Of a DNA stretch of 64,000 nucleotides, positions 26,600-39,502 are shown piece after piece. How positions within the stretch are numbered: the stretch's first letter is position 1; each line of letters begins with the position of its first letter. The DNA lies in assembly GCF_009834535.1 (NCBI RefSeq), contig NC_045697.1, forward strand, positions 86,864,001 through 86,928,000, given 5' to 3'. Below the pieces are notes generated by a model, which was not told where the DNA came from, did no database searches, and was given only the letters and a program-made list of their open reading frames with translations. Source of the DNA: Camelus ferus (Eukaryota). A program made the translations under genes and the position numbers.

Positions 26600-27200
26600 A
26601 ATTTACAGTAATTAAAACAATATGATACTGGAATTAGATTATCAAATAGATAAATTATCAGACAGATCAATGGTGAAGAAAAATGGCTTAGCAATAGACC
26701 CTATTATATTACAAAACTCTAATATGATGAGGCATTTAAGATCAACAGAAATGTGATATTCATATTCCAAAAAAATGAACCTTGATCTATACTTCACATC
26801 TTATATAGAAATTAACTTAAAATGGATAATAGACCTAAATGTAGAACATAAAACTATAAAACCTTTGGAAGAAAACATAGAAATCTTTGTGTCCTTGGGT
26901 TATGCTAAGAATTCTTAAATATGACACCAACTTTAAAAACTAATAAATTGGACTTTCACACTTAAAAGCTTTTGTTCTGAAAGCTTTGTTAAGAGAATGA
27001 AAACAAGTCACAGACTTGGAAAAATGATTTGTAAATTACATATTTGTACCAAAAAATACTAAAAACTCAAGATAATTAATTAATTGTAGTGATTATTACA
27101 CAACTCTTTTAAGTGTAGTATAAACCACTGAGTTACTTACTTTATGTGGTGAGTTGCATGGTATGTAAATTATATCTCATTAAAGCTGTTGTTAAGAAGT
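26600..27200 (+). mobile_element. Old L1M fragments
   Basis: cagatcaatgg...aaaatggataatagacctaaatgta...tatatctcattaaagctgtt. Confidence 0.65.
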
Positions 27201-28719
27201 GGAGGGAGAGTTTGACCACCAATGGGTAGCACAAGGAAACTTTTTTTTTTTGGATGACGAAGCATGATTACATAATTTTATGCATTTGTCAAACTGTACA
27301 GTAAAAGAATGAATTGTACTGCATGTAAATTTGATAATAAATTTTAAAACTTAACAAAGATTCATTGGAGAAGTTAAGGTTTACAAAATAAATGATGCTG
27401 AGAACATTCATTAGCTAGTTAGGAAAAAAATGTTGAGTCTGACCTTGTACTGTCTATTGAAACAAATTCTTGGAAGAACTGAAGAATTAATTTTTTTGTC
27501 ATAGAAAATAAAAGGAGATATTTATCAAGACTTTGCAGTGGGAAGAACTTTTTAAATTAGAAAAGATGAAAGGAGGTGCTGAATGAAAAAATTTACGAAT
27601 TTGGCTATATAAAAATGTAGAAACCTGGATATCAGAAAGCCCCCAAAGTAAATGAATTGGGAAAACTGATATTCAACAAATATGACAAAATAGTCTTTAC
27701 TACATAAAGAACTCATATAAATCAATCAAGAAATCACCTAAACCTAAACTGGTAAAACAATTCCTATTTAATTTTGTCGTTACTATTTTTATTTTCCTCT
27801 ACTATAGCTGTCGTATTATGTCCTGTACGTTTTGAAGGAGATGAAAGAGGGAAAATGTAATCTACTTACTCAGACTTAAGAAAATGTATCAACTCTTTAT
27901 CTCACCTCAACTACAGAAACACAGTTTTGAAATTTTTTTTAAATTCTTTGTGACAAGTTCTTTTGATTTCACTGCTGACCTGTGCCGAGCACACAGCAGG
28001 CAAGGCCACAGCCGAGACCTACCACATTTGACCAGTAAAGACAAAATGAGCCCTTTTTAGCTTTAGATGGTTTATTACTTACATCAACAACCAAAAGAAG
28101 ATGAGCCAAAATGCCAGTTGCTCGTGGTCCTTGTTCCACAGACCAAAAACGATGACACTGAAACAAAAGAGCCAGGAGATTGCAAAGCAAGCTGCAGTGT
28201 ACTCTTGCCAAGCAGGGACTTATAGATTGCAACCAGAGGTGTTATAGCTTGCACTTTGTCTCATGGGAGCGAGGCTGACCTCTTCAGACCCTGAAAGGCA
28301 ATGAGAACCTGTCTCACATCAGTCTCCCTGACAGGCGGGGAAGCGGGTGAGAAGTGTCCTGGTAGCAGCTCCTGCAAACCTCCATGCTCTCATGTTCCGG
28401 CAATGTTGCTAGGAGGACCTGCCAGACTTGGGACAGGCTGCAGTCCAAACCTGGCCCCATCTGGATATGTGCACGGTCACCAGGGTACCATGGCAGAGCC
28501 ATCCGCCTACAACTCTCTGCTTACCTCCTCAATCTGCAAAGTCACTCATCTCTTCTAATCTGCAATGATGCTTTCTTCATTTGCCCCCTTCTGTTTGTTA
28601 AGTAAAGCTATGTGATCCATCTTCATAGAACTTATTGATTGCCTATTCTCCTTACTTCACTACCTTTTTCCAAATTATGTAATATTTTCCACTATGCTAC
28701 CAGGAATAAGAAGAAAAAG

Positions 28720-29125
28720 TATGAGCTTTGTCATAAACCGCTCCAAAACTTAGTGGCTTAAACCAACAACCGTTTACTATTTCTCTTGGTTCTGTGCATT
28801 GGTTCAGTGCTTCTCTGCTGGCTTTGTCTGGGCACACAGCTGGAGGTCAGCTGGGCTAGAAGGGCTAGAAGAGGGCCTCAGGCATGTATCTGGTAGTTGG
28901 TGCTGGCCATCGGTAGGGTTACTTGGTTTTCTGGTAGCCTCTCATCCACAGTAAGCTAGACTGGCTGCCTGTGTGTCAGTCTCAGGGCAGTGTTCTCAGA
29001 GGACCAAGGCAGAAGCTTAAGATCTAGCTTGAAAGTCACACAGCTTCACTTCTACCACATTCTTTTGGTCAAAGAAAGTGATGAGAACAGCACAGATTCA
29101 AGGGGTGGGGAATAGACTCCTCTAG
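28720..29125 (-). mobile_element. MaLR LTR (older MLT1)
   Basis: ccaaaacttagtggcttaaaccaacaac...cacttctaccacattcttttggtcaaag...cagattcaagggg. Confidence 0.7.
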
Positions 29126-29909
29126 GATGCATTACAAAAAGAGAGTTTCAACAATGCAGAAAGTCTAGACTAAGTGCCTTCAAGTGAATAGTTTCATTGA
29201 AATCCAAACAAGATATGATGACTTTTCATTTGCGTAAGTAAGAATGTGAACTGATTAAACATCTTCACGTCTGGTCACTGCAATAAAATCACTGTAACAC
29301 TGACAAGCTAGGAGGATAGAAAATTAAGGAATCTATTAAAAATTATCATAGGCCCAGAAAATATTTGCAAGAGGAAGTAGAGGTACTAAGTCTTATTTTG
29401 CTAGGCAAACTGACCTGACAAGTGTGGTTTCCAAACCTCAGAGTTATGCCAGTTTGATTCCAAGCATCTTTGGTTAACAATAGAATGGAGAACACCAGCC
29501 AAAGATTTTGTTATTTAAAGAGAATTTTCAAATTAATTCTTTTAAGTAATCATTGGTGGGCTAACATTCGCTGACAAGAGTTTACATTTCTACCATCTAT
29601 CCTGCATAACTGATGAAAGTAAAATGAGATAATTAATATACTGTGCCTAGTGTAATAACTGGCTTACCTTTACTTATAAAAAAATTGCTACTATTATTTA
29701 AGGCTTTACCAAGAATTTGCATTGTTTAATGACAGATAGACATTCTATTAGTACTTTCTTAGTATGTTTTTATGGTTAAAGTGGGTGCTTGATACATTTG
29801 CCTTAAAATTTTTCCAAGCTAAAATTATCATTGCCACATTCTATGAAGTAAAAATTTAGAACTCCATTTTCTGTTTGTTCATATGTTGGAAACTGACCTA
29901 GTACTATTG

Positions 29910-30285
29910 CAATAGCCAGCTGTTGCTGTGTAACTGCAAAAACATCCCAGTGGTATTTAACAAAAGCATTTATGTGCTCATGGCTCTGTGAAGTGGCTAG
30001 GGCCGTTCTGGCTCTGCCTGTAGCACCTGGCTCTGCCTCATGCTGCAAGTCTACCCATGGGTTAGAACAGCTCTTCTCAGTGCATGTTTATTCCAAGTCT
30101 CAGACTAAAAGGGCAGCAACTACGCAAATTAAGTCCATCTCATGGTGGTAGCATAGTTGCAAGAGAACAAGAAAAATATGCAGGATTTCTTAAGGTCTAG
30201 GTTCAGAGTTGGCCTCCTATCACTTCTGCCCAAGCCAATGGAATAGCCAACTACACCTTTAGTAGAAGGAACTACTAAGTCACAG
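29910..30285 (-). mobile_element. MaLR LTR (older MLT1)
   Basis: tgctgtgtaactgcaaa...aaagcatttatgtgctcatg...tatcacttctgccc. Confidence 0.55.
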
Positions 30286-31801
30286 AGTAAGCTCTAAGTT
30301 ACAATATGGGATGAAGAGTTAAAGCCAATAATACAACTTACCATAAAAGTAACTGTAGAACCTTGATGTGTTGGCAGACACTCCGTAATCCTGCCTCCTT
30401 AAAGAAGCATGTACCCCAGTTAGGCTTCTCATACTTTGTCAATATGATTTAGAAAAAAAAGTCCCTTGGCTGGCTGACTGTTGAAGCGTATGATTCTATC
30501 CTCAAATAGTTATATGGGATGTCTGCCTGTTAGTTACCTAACAGAGTATACCTGTGAATTCTGTGACACCTCATGATTACAAAATCTCAGTTTGGAAAAT
30601 CATATTTGTAGAGGACTTCCTAATGGATTAACCATCTCTCAAAATAGGCTAAATTTTATACCTTGAGCAAGACAGTTTACAGAAAAGTTTCTACGTACGG
30701 CATTGTATATTGGCCTCTTACAAAATTGCTTTTTCTTAACTTAAGCTTGGGTGTTAAGCTCTCAGCCTACACTGCAGAAAGTTATAAGGAAAAAAGTTTA
30801 TGGACCTAATTGTTAGTTAGGGTTGACATTGGTGTGATCTACACATTCCATTTTTTTGAATAACCATGGAAGAATTTTCTCTTGGCTCACAGAAACAAGA
30901 ATTTTCCATACTTCTGATAAATTGGCTTATTTTTATCTTATAGTTACTGTAGTGTAATTGATCATTTTTTCATTATGGCCAGTAAGAAGCTCTGATGCAG
31001 ATTTGCAAAGCATCTCTGCTGGAGCACAGAGCCTTATGCATAGTATAGCCACTGTCTGCCAGGCTTTAAGTGAGATATTTAGCCATTATGTGTCGTGCTT
31101 GGATACACATTAAATCCTTAGAAGTGCTTGGCACGTATGTGTTTGGCACATATGTGCTGTATGTGTTTTCCATTTTTATTATTATTTTACTATTATTATG
31201 GATAATAATGGAATACATTGGATATAAATAAAAGTCAATAAAATAAGAGTGGGATCCTAATAGTTGACCTCATATCATTTTGGAACAAAACGTGCTAAAT
31301 TCATCTGTTACTTTTAAGACATTTGTAATCAAATTACCTAATAGATAAGCAGGCCTAGTATTGGATGGGGAAATTTTCTTTTCCTGATTAACTAATATTT
31401 AACTGATTAAATTTGTACTGTTTGGATCATAATAAACTTCCACTTCTTGCCAAGAACACTTAGAATGCAATAACTGAAAGCTTCAGCAAAGATTGAAGTA
31501 AATTTTATTAAAGGATAGATAAGAAATTGAAACTGTCAAATCGTTTGGTAGGATAGGGGTTGGGGAGGCTAGGAAGTCCAATAAGGAAATCTCTCTAGCA
31601 CAACAGCTCGTTTTTGACCTAAGTTGGGCCACTAAAATTTCACTTTGCTCTCCTGTTTTGTGGACTGGGTGAAAGTGATGAGCCCAGATTGGTCAGGATT
31701 GATAATCTTACTAGCAAAGACACTATTTCCCCAGGATCTCCTGCAGGGGGAAGAGACCAGAGCTCCAGGGTCCTCTCCACTGAGTCTGATACACCCTTGC
31801 C

Positions 31802-31863
31802 TTGATGCACGCATCGAGTTTGATGCACGCATCGAGTTTGATGCTCGCATCGAGTTTGATGCA
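31802..31863. repeat. 18-bp minisatellite, ~3.4 copies
   Basis: TTGATGCACGCATCGAGT x2, TTGATGCTCGCATCGAGT, then TTGATGCA. Confidence 0.95.
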
Positions 31864-32039
31864 GTCTAACAAAGAGAAGGAAGACAGCTGTTTTGCCCAC
31901 AGCTAAAGGGAAAAACAAAGAACTGTCAAACTCTTGGCCAGAAGGAAGGAAATCATCCTCTCCTAAATAGAGCAAGGAATCAAGGAAAAATTTCCCCACC
32001 AATTCGGAGCTAATTCTATTATTTGAAAGAACAGCCATT

Positions 32040-33033
32040 CACAAAAACAGACACAAAAATCAATGGAACAGAATAAAGAGCCCAAAAATGAACCCACATT
32101 TATATGGGCAATTAATCTATGACAAAGGAGGCAAGAATAGACGATGGGGAAAGATAGCCTCTTTAATAAATGGTATTAGGAAAACTTGACAGCTTCATGC
32201 AAAAGAATCAACCTGGACTACTTTCTTATACCATATGCAAAAATATGCTGAAATGGATTAAAGACTTACATATGAGGCGTAAAGCCATGAAACTCCTGGA
32301 AGAAAAGATAAGCAGTACACTCTTTGACATAGGTCTTGGCTATATTTTTTGGATCTGTTTCCTCAGGCAAGGGGAATGAGTTAAAATAAATTAGACTACA
32401 TCAAACTAAAAAGTTTTTGCACAGTGAAGGAAACTATTAACAAAATGAAAAGGCTGCCTACTGAATGGAAGAAGATATTTGCAAACGATATAACCAACAA
32501 AGGTTTAATATCCAAAATATACAAAGAACTTATACAACTCAACATCAAAAAAATAAACAACCCAATTAAAAAATGGGCAGAGGACTGGAATAGACAGTTT
32601 TTCCAAAGAGGAAATACAGATGGCCAACAGGTACATGAAAAGATGCTCAACATCACTAATCATCATAGAAATGCAAATCAAACCCATAATGAGATATCAC
32701 CTCACACTTGTCAGAATGGCTATTATCAAAAAGACAACAAATAACAGGAGTTGGTGAGGATATGGAGAAAAGGGAACCCTCGTGCACTGTTGGTGGGAAT
32801 GTAAATCGGTGAAGCCACTGTGGAAAACACAATGGAGATTCCTCAAAAAACTAAAAATAGAACTACCACATGATCCAGCAGTTCCAGTCCTGGGTATTCA
32901 TCCTAAGAAAACAAAAACACTAATCGAAAAGATAAATACACTCATGTGTTTATTGTAGCATTGTTTATGATAGCCAAGATACAGAAACAACCCAAGTGCC
33001 CATCTATAGATTAATGGATAAAGAAGATGTGGT

Positions 33034-33084
<51 letters not shown>

Positions 33085-33800
33085 AATACTACTCAGCCAT
33101 AAAAAAGAATGATATATTGCCATTTGCAACAACATGGATGGACTTAGAGGGTATTATGCTAAGTGAAATAAGTCAGAGAAATACAAATACTGTATGATAT
33201 CACTTATATGTGGAGCCAAAAAAGTAAAACAAATGAACAAACATAACGACAGAAACAGAGGTATAGATACAGAAAACAAACAAGTGGTTGTCAGAAGGGA
33301 GGGGATTGGGGAAAGAAGAGAAATAGGTGAGGAAGATTGAGGTACAAACTTCCAGTCACAAAATAATTGAATCACGGGTATGAAATGTACAGTGTGGGGA
33401 ATATAAGCAGTAAATAATATCTTTGTGTGGTGAGAGATGATGACCAGGCTTACGATCATTTCAAAATGTACAGAAATATCAAATCACTGTGTTGTGTACC
33501 AGGAACTAACATAGTATTGTAGGTCAATTATACTTCAAAAAAAAAACCCACAAATTCACAGAAAAGGAGATCAGATTTCTGACTACTTCTTGTAAGAGGA
33601 GTGAGGAGAGGGAAAGGAATTGAATGAAGATGGTCAAAAAGTACAAACTTCCAGTTTCTATTTCTTTAATGTTGTATCTATGGGATGATGGATGTTCACC
33701 ACACTTACTGTGATGATCACTTCATGTTTGTATAAGTCACATCTTTAGGCTGCACACCTTAAACTCACACAGTGCTGTATGTCAGTTGTATTAATGAAAC
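32040..33800 (+). mobile_element. 5'-truncated L1 (ORF2 C-terminal part plus 3' UTR) with an internal (CA)n
   Basis: Translations [20 protein letters not shown]...[10 protein letters not shown] and LKWIKDL...LLEEKI. Confidence 0.93.
33036..33081. repeat. (CA)n microsatellite
   Basis: ~23 perfect CA units inside the L1. Confidence 0.95.
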
Positions 33801-33810
33801 TGGAAGGGAA

Positions 33811-33953
33811 GTGGGGAGGGTGCAACTCAGTGGTAGAGTGCCTGCTTAGCAGGCATGAGGTCCTGGGTTCAATCCCCAGTACCTCCATTAAAATAAATAA
33901 ATAAATAAGCCTGATTACCTCCCCCCCAAAAAGAAAAAAAATTAAAAAAAAAA
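33811..33953 (+). mobile_element. tRNA-Ala-derived camelid-type SINE (vic-1-like)
   Basis: ggggagggtgcaactcagtggtagagtgcctgcttagc...gggttcaatccccagtacctcc plus A-rich tail; 14-bp TSD aaactggaagggaa at 33797-33810 and 33954-33967. Confidence 0.9.
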
Positions 33954-34199
33954 AAACTGGAAGGGAAAAACACAGTTTGAGCGAAGAAAAGAAGCTGAAT
34001 AAAATTTTTTTTAAAGAAAAGAATAGGACATAACATGCAGAAGACATATGAAAAATCTATACTAGAAGAAGACATCTAAGCTACAGTTTTCAGGTAATAA
34101 ACTGGGAAGATTTTACACCCTAAATTAAATTAATAATTATAATACCATGCAAATTTTGTGGGAAGCAATTTAACAATATCTGTAACAATGATAAATGCC

Positions 34200-34284
34200 A
34201 GTAGGATGCCCAGCATGCACGAGTTACTGGGTTTAATCCCCAGTACCTGCATTAAATAAGTAAGTAAATAAGTAAAATGAATTA
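34200..34284 (+). mobile_element. Truncated copy of the same SINE family
   Basis: agcatgcacgag..ctgggtttaatccccagtacct...ttacctacccccc aataaaaaaa. Confidence 0.7.
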
Positions 34285-35652
34285 CCTACCCCCCAATAAA
34301 AAAAGCTATTATCAAATGAACATTTTATTAGATATACTATTGCCCTGCTAATTTTTTTCTTGTTTCCCAATTACAAGGATAAACAGGTTATTTCTTCTGA
34401 GTTTCATGTCTGAAACTCTTTTTAGTAAATAGGATCGTTGGAAAACTCAGAAAGACACTGTATGTGAACATGTTTTAAAATACACAAAGAATCATACAAA
34501 TGAAAGTCAACATCATTAGGTTGAAAATGTTAAACATTTTTGGTTTTACCTTTCAGTAAAACTAACAAAAATGCTCTACATTGCAAATTTTTACTTCAGA
34601 TCGAGAGTGGTATGTTAAAAAAAAAAAGATTAGAAAACACAATCTAAAGAAGTTATTTTCTAAAAAGTAGTTTTTCTTCTCAGCTGGTTAACCAGCTACT
34701 TCGGCTGTTGTCATTGTCATCAAAAATGCCGTGGAAGGAAAATTCCATGGCCTGGTGTGCATCCCTCAGAAGTCTCATCTTACTCTTCAAGGTAATTCAG
34801 GTTGTTACAAAAGTCATTTAGGGGAAAGAAATCAGGGCTCATGATAAATTATTTCTTCTCTTAGTGTTTATAAACAAAGATGTCCTCCAGGAAACAGAGT
34901 GTGTGCAAAGGAAGGCAAAGAAATCAAGAACAAATTGTCAGATGGCTACAGGCACAGGAAGTATGATCTGTGTTTGACCTGTGTCCTGTTTCTAGGGGGT
35001 TCTGCTTAGACCAGTAGTACAGCAAGCACACATTCTGTATATTAAACATGCAGGACGGAAAAGCCGAAACCTGAAATGCAATCCACTTCCAGTCATCTGC
35101 ATGCTTTTTTTTCTTTTCTGGTTTATCAAATAATGTTTTCTGTCAGATGAGAGATCTGGTTTACTCCTCCGCTGCTTCCCCTGACTATTACTGTAGTGTT
35201 TACTGTGGCATTGCAACTTATTTTTTTATTATTTGCCCCAGGAAAAATAAGAAGGAAAGAAAGAAACCCGTTCTTTAAAAAAAAACAAAAAACAAAAAAC
35301 CAGAATGCCTTGCAAATTAAAAATAAATAAATAAAGGATTTGAGGATTGGCTACAGTTCATTCTCTGAAACGGATCATTATGAAGGACTCTCAGGTCAGT
35401 GAATACTAACCAGAACACAGGCATGTGCATAAAACAGCCCAACTTCCCTGTTAATTATTGGTCCTTGGTTTCTCTCTCTCAGTTTTGCTCATCTGGAGGA
35501 GATCAGCATGGAAGAGCCAATGCCAATAAAAGAGTGTTCTACATGTGACGAAGGTTCTTTACCATATGCTTTCCCATATAGTTCCCTTTCTCTAAAGCTT
35601 GATCGTTTTACTCTCTTCACCTTTAAAAACCCCTCAAAATCCACACTGAGGC

Positions 35653-36138
35653 TGAAGAGCGGCAGTATATGCCTCCCCAAAATATGACATTGGGCATGAG
35701 GGTTATTTCTAGCTAAAAGTGCTTGAAAAATAGTAGATGCAAGAAAGGAGCTCTGACCTCCCCTTTTCTTTCTGAAAGCAGGAGATAAAACTCCCATGTG
35801 AAAGATGCCCTCCCTGTGCCGGGAGGAAAGGAACATCTTTTGTCACCAGAGTCGGGGAATGGAGGCCAAGAGAACCCTGTACAAACAGAACTTGTTAAAA
35901 TAACTTTTATCTTCCTTTGGTCTCTCCATGTATTTTAGTTATTTCCCACAATGCTCTCTCTCAGTTCACCCTAGGTTGTAAACACTTGGGCCCAGCCCCT
36001 TCTTTGGGTCTCTGTTTTCCTGTGAAGGCTCCCATGTTTAGGTAATGCTTTCCTCCTGTTAGTTTGTTTTGTGTCAGCATAATACTCTGGCCCAGCTGGA
36101 GCCCATAAGGAGTAGGGGGAAAGTTTTGTTCCCCTTCA
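35653..36138 (+). mobile_element. MER34-like solo LTR (ERV1)
   Basis: tgaag...cttca inverted ends; flanks AGGC/AGTC; ccccaaaatatg...ttatttctagctaaa head. Confidence 0.7.
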
Positions 36139-37839
36139 AGTCCAAGTATAGACACCATATAATGGCTCAGATGCTGTTAAACCGCTTTTTTATTATAGCT
36201 TGCTGTTCTTCTAAACCATTGGGAATGAGTATTCTTAAGATTGGAATTGTGGTCATCAGAAAGCTCATCTTCCAGATGATTCCAATTTTTTCTGGTTTCT
36301 TGCTCTTTTCCTGACTGCCTGCCTTGTGTAGGTACTAAAGAGGTAGGCACTTAAGTAGAAAATTTGATAAAGACTTCCAAAAGGCACACCTCAATTCAAT
36401 GAAACATGCAGACATGTTCCCATATGGATGTTGTATATTTTGACAGTCAAAATTTCTCTTGGTAACTCATGATGACCTGCTTAATATTTTTGTTATGCAG
36501 TTTTTCCTCTTGAAAAAAATCACTCTCACTATTTGAATAAAAAGGAAAACATACTATCTATATATTTTAAGGAAAAGACTTTATTTTGTGGACAATTATT
36601 TTTAATAATCTTAAAAATTTTCCAGAATACTAATGCTTTCTCATTTTAATTCTCATTTAAAACATCAGTTTATCCTGAAATATGTTACAGAGGAGAAATG
36701 GAAAGATCCTTTGAAAAAGCAAGTATTGCATATCTTATATAAAACTCCTGCATTTCTAGTCATTACTTGCTGTTTTAAATTGAGTATGCATAGCTAAGCT
36801 AATAGGAAACATGGTTTGAAACTTTTTGTTGATTTTGACTAAAAGCACAATTTGCCTGTATTATATTTACATTGTTAAGAACCTTATATAATAAGCAAAA
36901 AAGTATGCTTTAGATTATCTTTTAAAGTTAGAAATTGAATTTTTAAATTATAGTACTTTGTAAAAATAGAACACATAGAAACTTAGAGAAGAATTATATA
37001 GAATATGAACTAGGGTAAAAAAAAAACCATTAAATCAGTTTCTCCATAGTGACAAAGAGAAATAGCCATACAAGGCAAAATTGGCATCACTGGCCAACTT
37101 GTGTGCATCTTGAATTCACTTGTAGTGTGGACGTTAATTCTGTTCTTCAAATGTCTTTTTCTCTCTGTCTCTTCCTCTGCCTGTGTGTCTCTCTCTCCCA
37201 ACGCATGCACACATATGCACACACACAAGCACGTACATTCAACTTCTTTGTTCCCAATCTACCAGAGAACATTATTTCTTAATTCAATGATCTTTAAAAG
37301 ATTTGTTTTGAATGCTCTCTGTGTTGTAGCATAGCATAGTAGTAGCTATGTCATCACAAGTTAAGTAAGACCCTGGTGCCTCTAGGTACTTACAGTCTAG
37401 TGGAAGAAATAAATTATGCACACAAGCAATTAAGAGTAAATGAGGCATTTGATGGTTTAAGAGATGTAATTTTGCTTGGGGAAATCTGAAAGTCTTATGT
37501 CATAAATGTCGCTTAGTGCAGGTTTTGCACTAGGATGGTGGGATTTTTATAGAAATGATGGCAGAAAAGCTGAGAGGTCTGATGGAAACCAGCAGCATGA
37601 GCAGTGACACAAAGAGCAGCTCTGTGTAGTAGGATTATGACCAAGTCATTCTATTTGGCTGCAGTGTAAAAATTGGCAAGTAGCTGGTGGGGCAGGGGGT
37701 GGCGGGGTGGGTAGGAGCCTGAGAAGATAAGTAAAACCACGTGTAGAAAACTGTCCTTTATTCAGAAAATGGTGCCAATCTCTTAGAGGTTCTGGAGGAA
37801 GAGCATGACGTGAAGTAGCAGTTAAGAGAAATGATTTTT

Positions 37840-39502
37840 TGTTTGTTTGTTTTGTTATGAAAGTGTTTTTTTATTGATTTATAATCATTTTACAATGTGT
37901 CAAATTCCAGTGTAGAGCACAAATTTTCAGTTATATGTGAACATATATATATTCATTGTCACATTTTTTTCTCTGTGTGCTACGATAAGATCTTGTATAT
38001 ATTTCCCTGTGCTATACTTGTTTATCTATTCTATAATTTTGAAATCCCAGTCTATCTCTTCCCATCCCCTGCCCCCTTGGCAACCACAAGTTTGTATTCT
38101 ATGTCTGTAAGTATATTTCTGTTTTGTATTTATGCTTTTTTTTTCTTTTTAAATTCCACATATGAGTGATCTCATATGGTATTTTTCTTTCTCTTTCTGG
38201 CTTACTTCACTTAGAATGATATTCTCCAGGAACATCCATGTTGCTGCAAATGGCATTATGTTGTCAGTTTTTATGGCTGAGTAGTATTCCATTGTATAAA
38301 TATACCACCTCTTCTTTATCCAGTCATCTGTTGATGGACATTTAGGCTGTTTCCATGTCTTGGCTATTGTAAATAATGCTGCTATGAACATTGGTGTGCA
38401 GGTGTCATCCTGAAGTAGGGTTCCTTCTGGATATATGCCCAGGAGCGGGATTCCTCGGTCATATGGTAAGTCTACTCCTAGTCTTTTGAGGAATCTCCAT
38501 ACTGTTTTCCACAGTGGCTGCACCAAACTGCATTCCCACCAGCAGTGGAGGGTTTCCTTTTCTCCACAGCCTCTCCAGCATTTGTCATTTGTGGATTTTT
38601 GAATGATGGCCATTCTGACTGGTGTGAGGTGATACTTCATTGTAGTTTTGATTTGCATTTCTCTGATAATTAATGATATTGAGCATTTTTTCATGTGTCT
38701 ATTGATCATTTGTACATCTTCCTTGGAGAAGTGCTTGTTTAGGTCTTCTGCCCATCTTTGGATTGGGTTGTCTATTTTTTTCTTATTGAGTCATATGAGC
38801 TGCTTGTATATTCTGGAGATCAAGCCTTTGTTGGTTTCATTTGCAAAAATTTTTTCCCATTCCATAGGTTGTCTTTTTGTTTTACTTATGGTTTCCTTTG
38901 CTGTGCAGAAGCTTCATTTTTCATTAGATCCCATTTGTTTATTCTTGCTTTTATTTCTTCTAGGAGAAAATTTTTGAGATGTATGTCAGATAATGTTTTG
39001 CCTATGTTTTCCTCTAGGAGGTTTATTGTATCTTGTCTTATGTTTAAGTCTTTGATCCATTTTGAGTTTATTTTTGTGTATGGTGTAAGGGAGTGTTCTA
39101 GCTTCATTGTTTTACATGCTGCTGTCCAATTTTCCCAACACCATTTTCTGAAGAGACTGTCTTTATTCCATTGTCTATTCTTGCCTCCTTTGTCGAAGAT
39201 GAATTGACCAAAAGTTTGTGGGTTCATTTCTGGGCTCTCGATTCTATTCCATTGGTCTATATGTCTGTTTTGGTACCAATACCATGCTGTCTTGATGACT
39301 GTAGCTCTATAGTATTGTCTGAAGTCTGGGAGAGTTATTCCTCCAGCCTCTTTCTTTCTCTTCAGTAATGCTTTGGCAATTCTAGGTCTTTGATGGTTCC
39401 ATATAAATTTTATTATGATTTGTTCTAGTTCTGTGAAATATGTCCTGGGTAATTTGATAGAGATTGCATTAAATCTGTAGATTGCCTTGGGCAGTGTGAC
39501 CA
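37840..39502 (-). mobile_element. Relatively young 5'-truncated L1
   Basis: Long ORF2 pieces of 205 aa ([11 protein letters not shown]...[13 protein letters not shown]) and 186 aa (...HCWWEC...[22 protein letters not shown]); 16-bp TSD aagagaaatgattttt (37824-37839) / aagaaaaatgattttt (39503-39518). Confidence 0.95.

Noticed and set aside
31802..31863. CRISPR-like palindromic repeats
   Set aside because: No spacers, 18-bp head-to-tail units, mammalian context
31640..32038. ORFs with repeated peptides (HQTRCV / MRASNS / DARIEF)
   Set aside because: Translations of the 18-bp minisatellite; no gene structure
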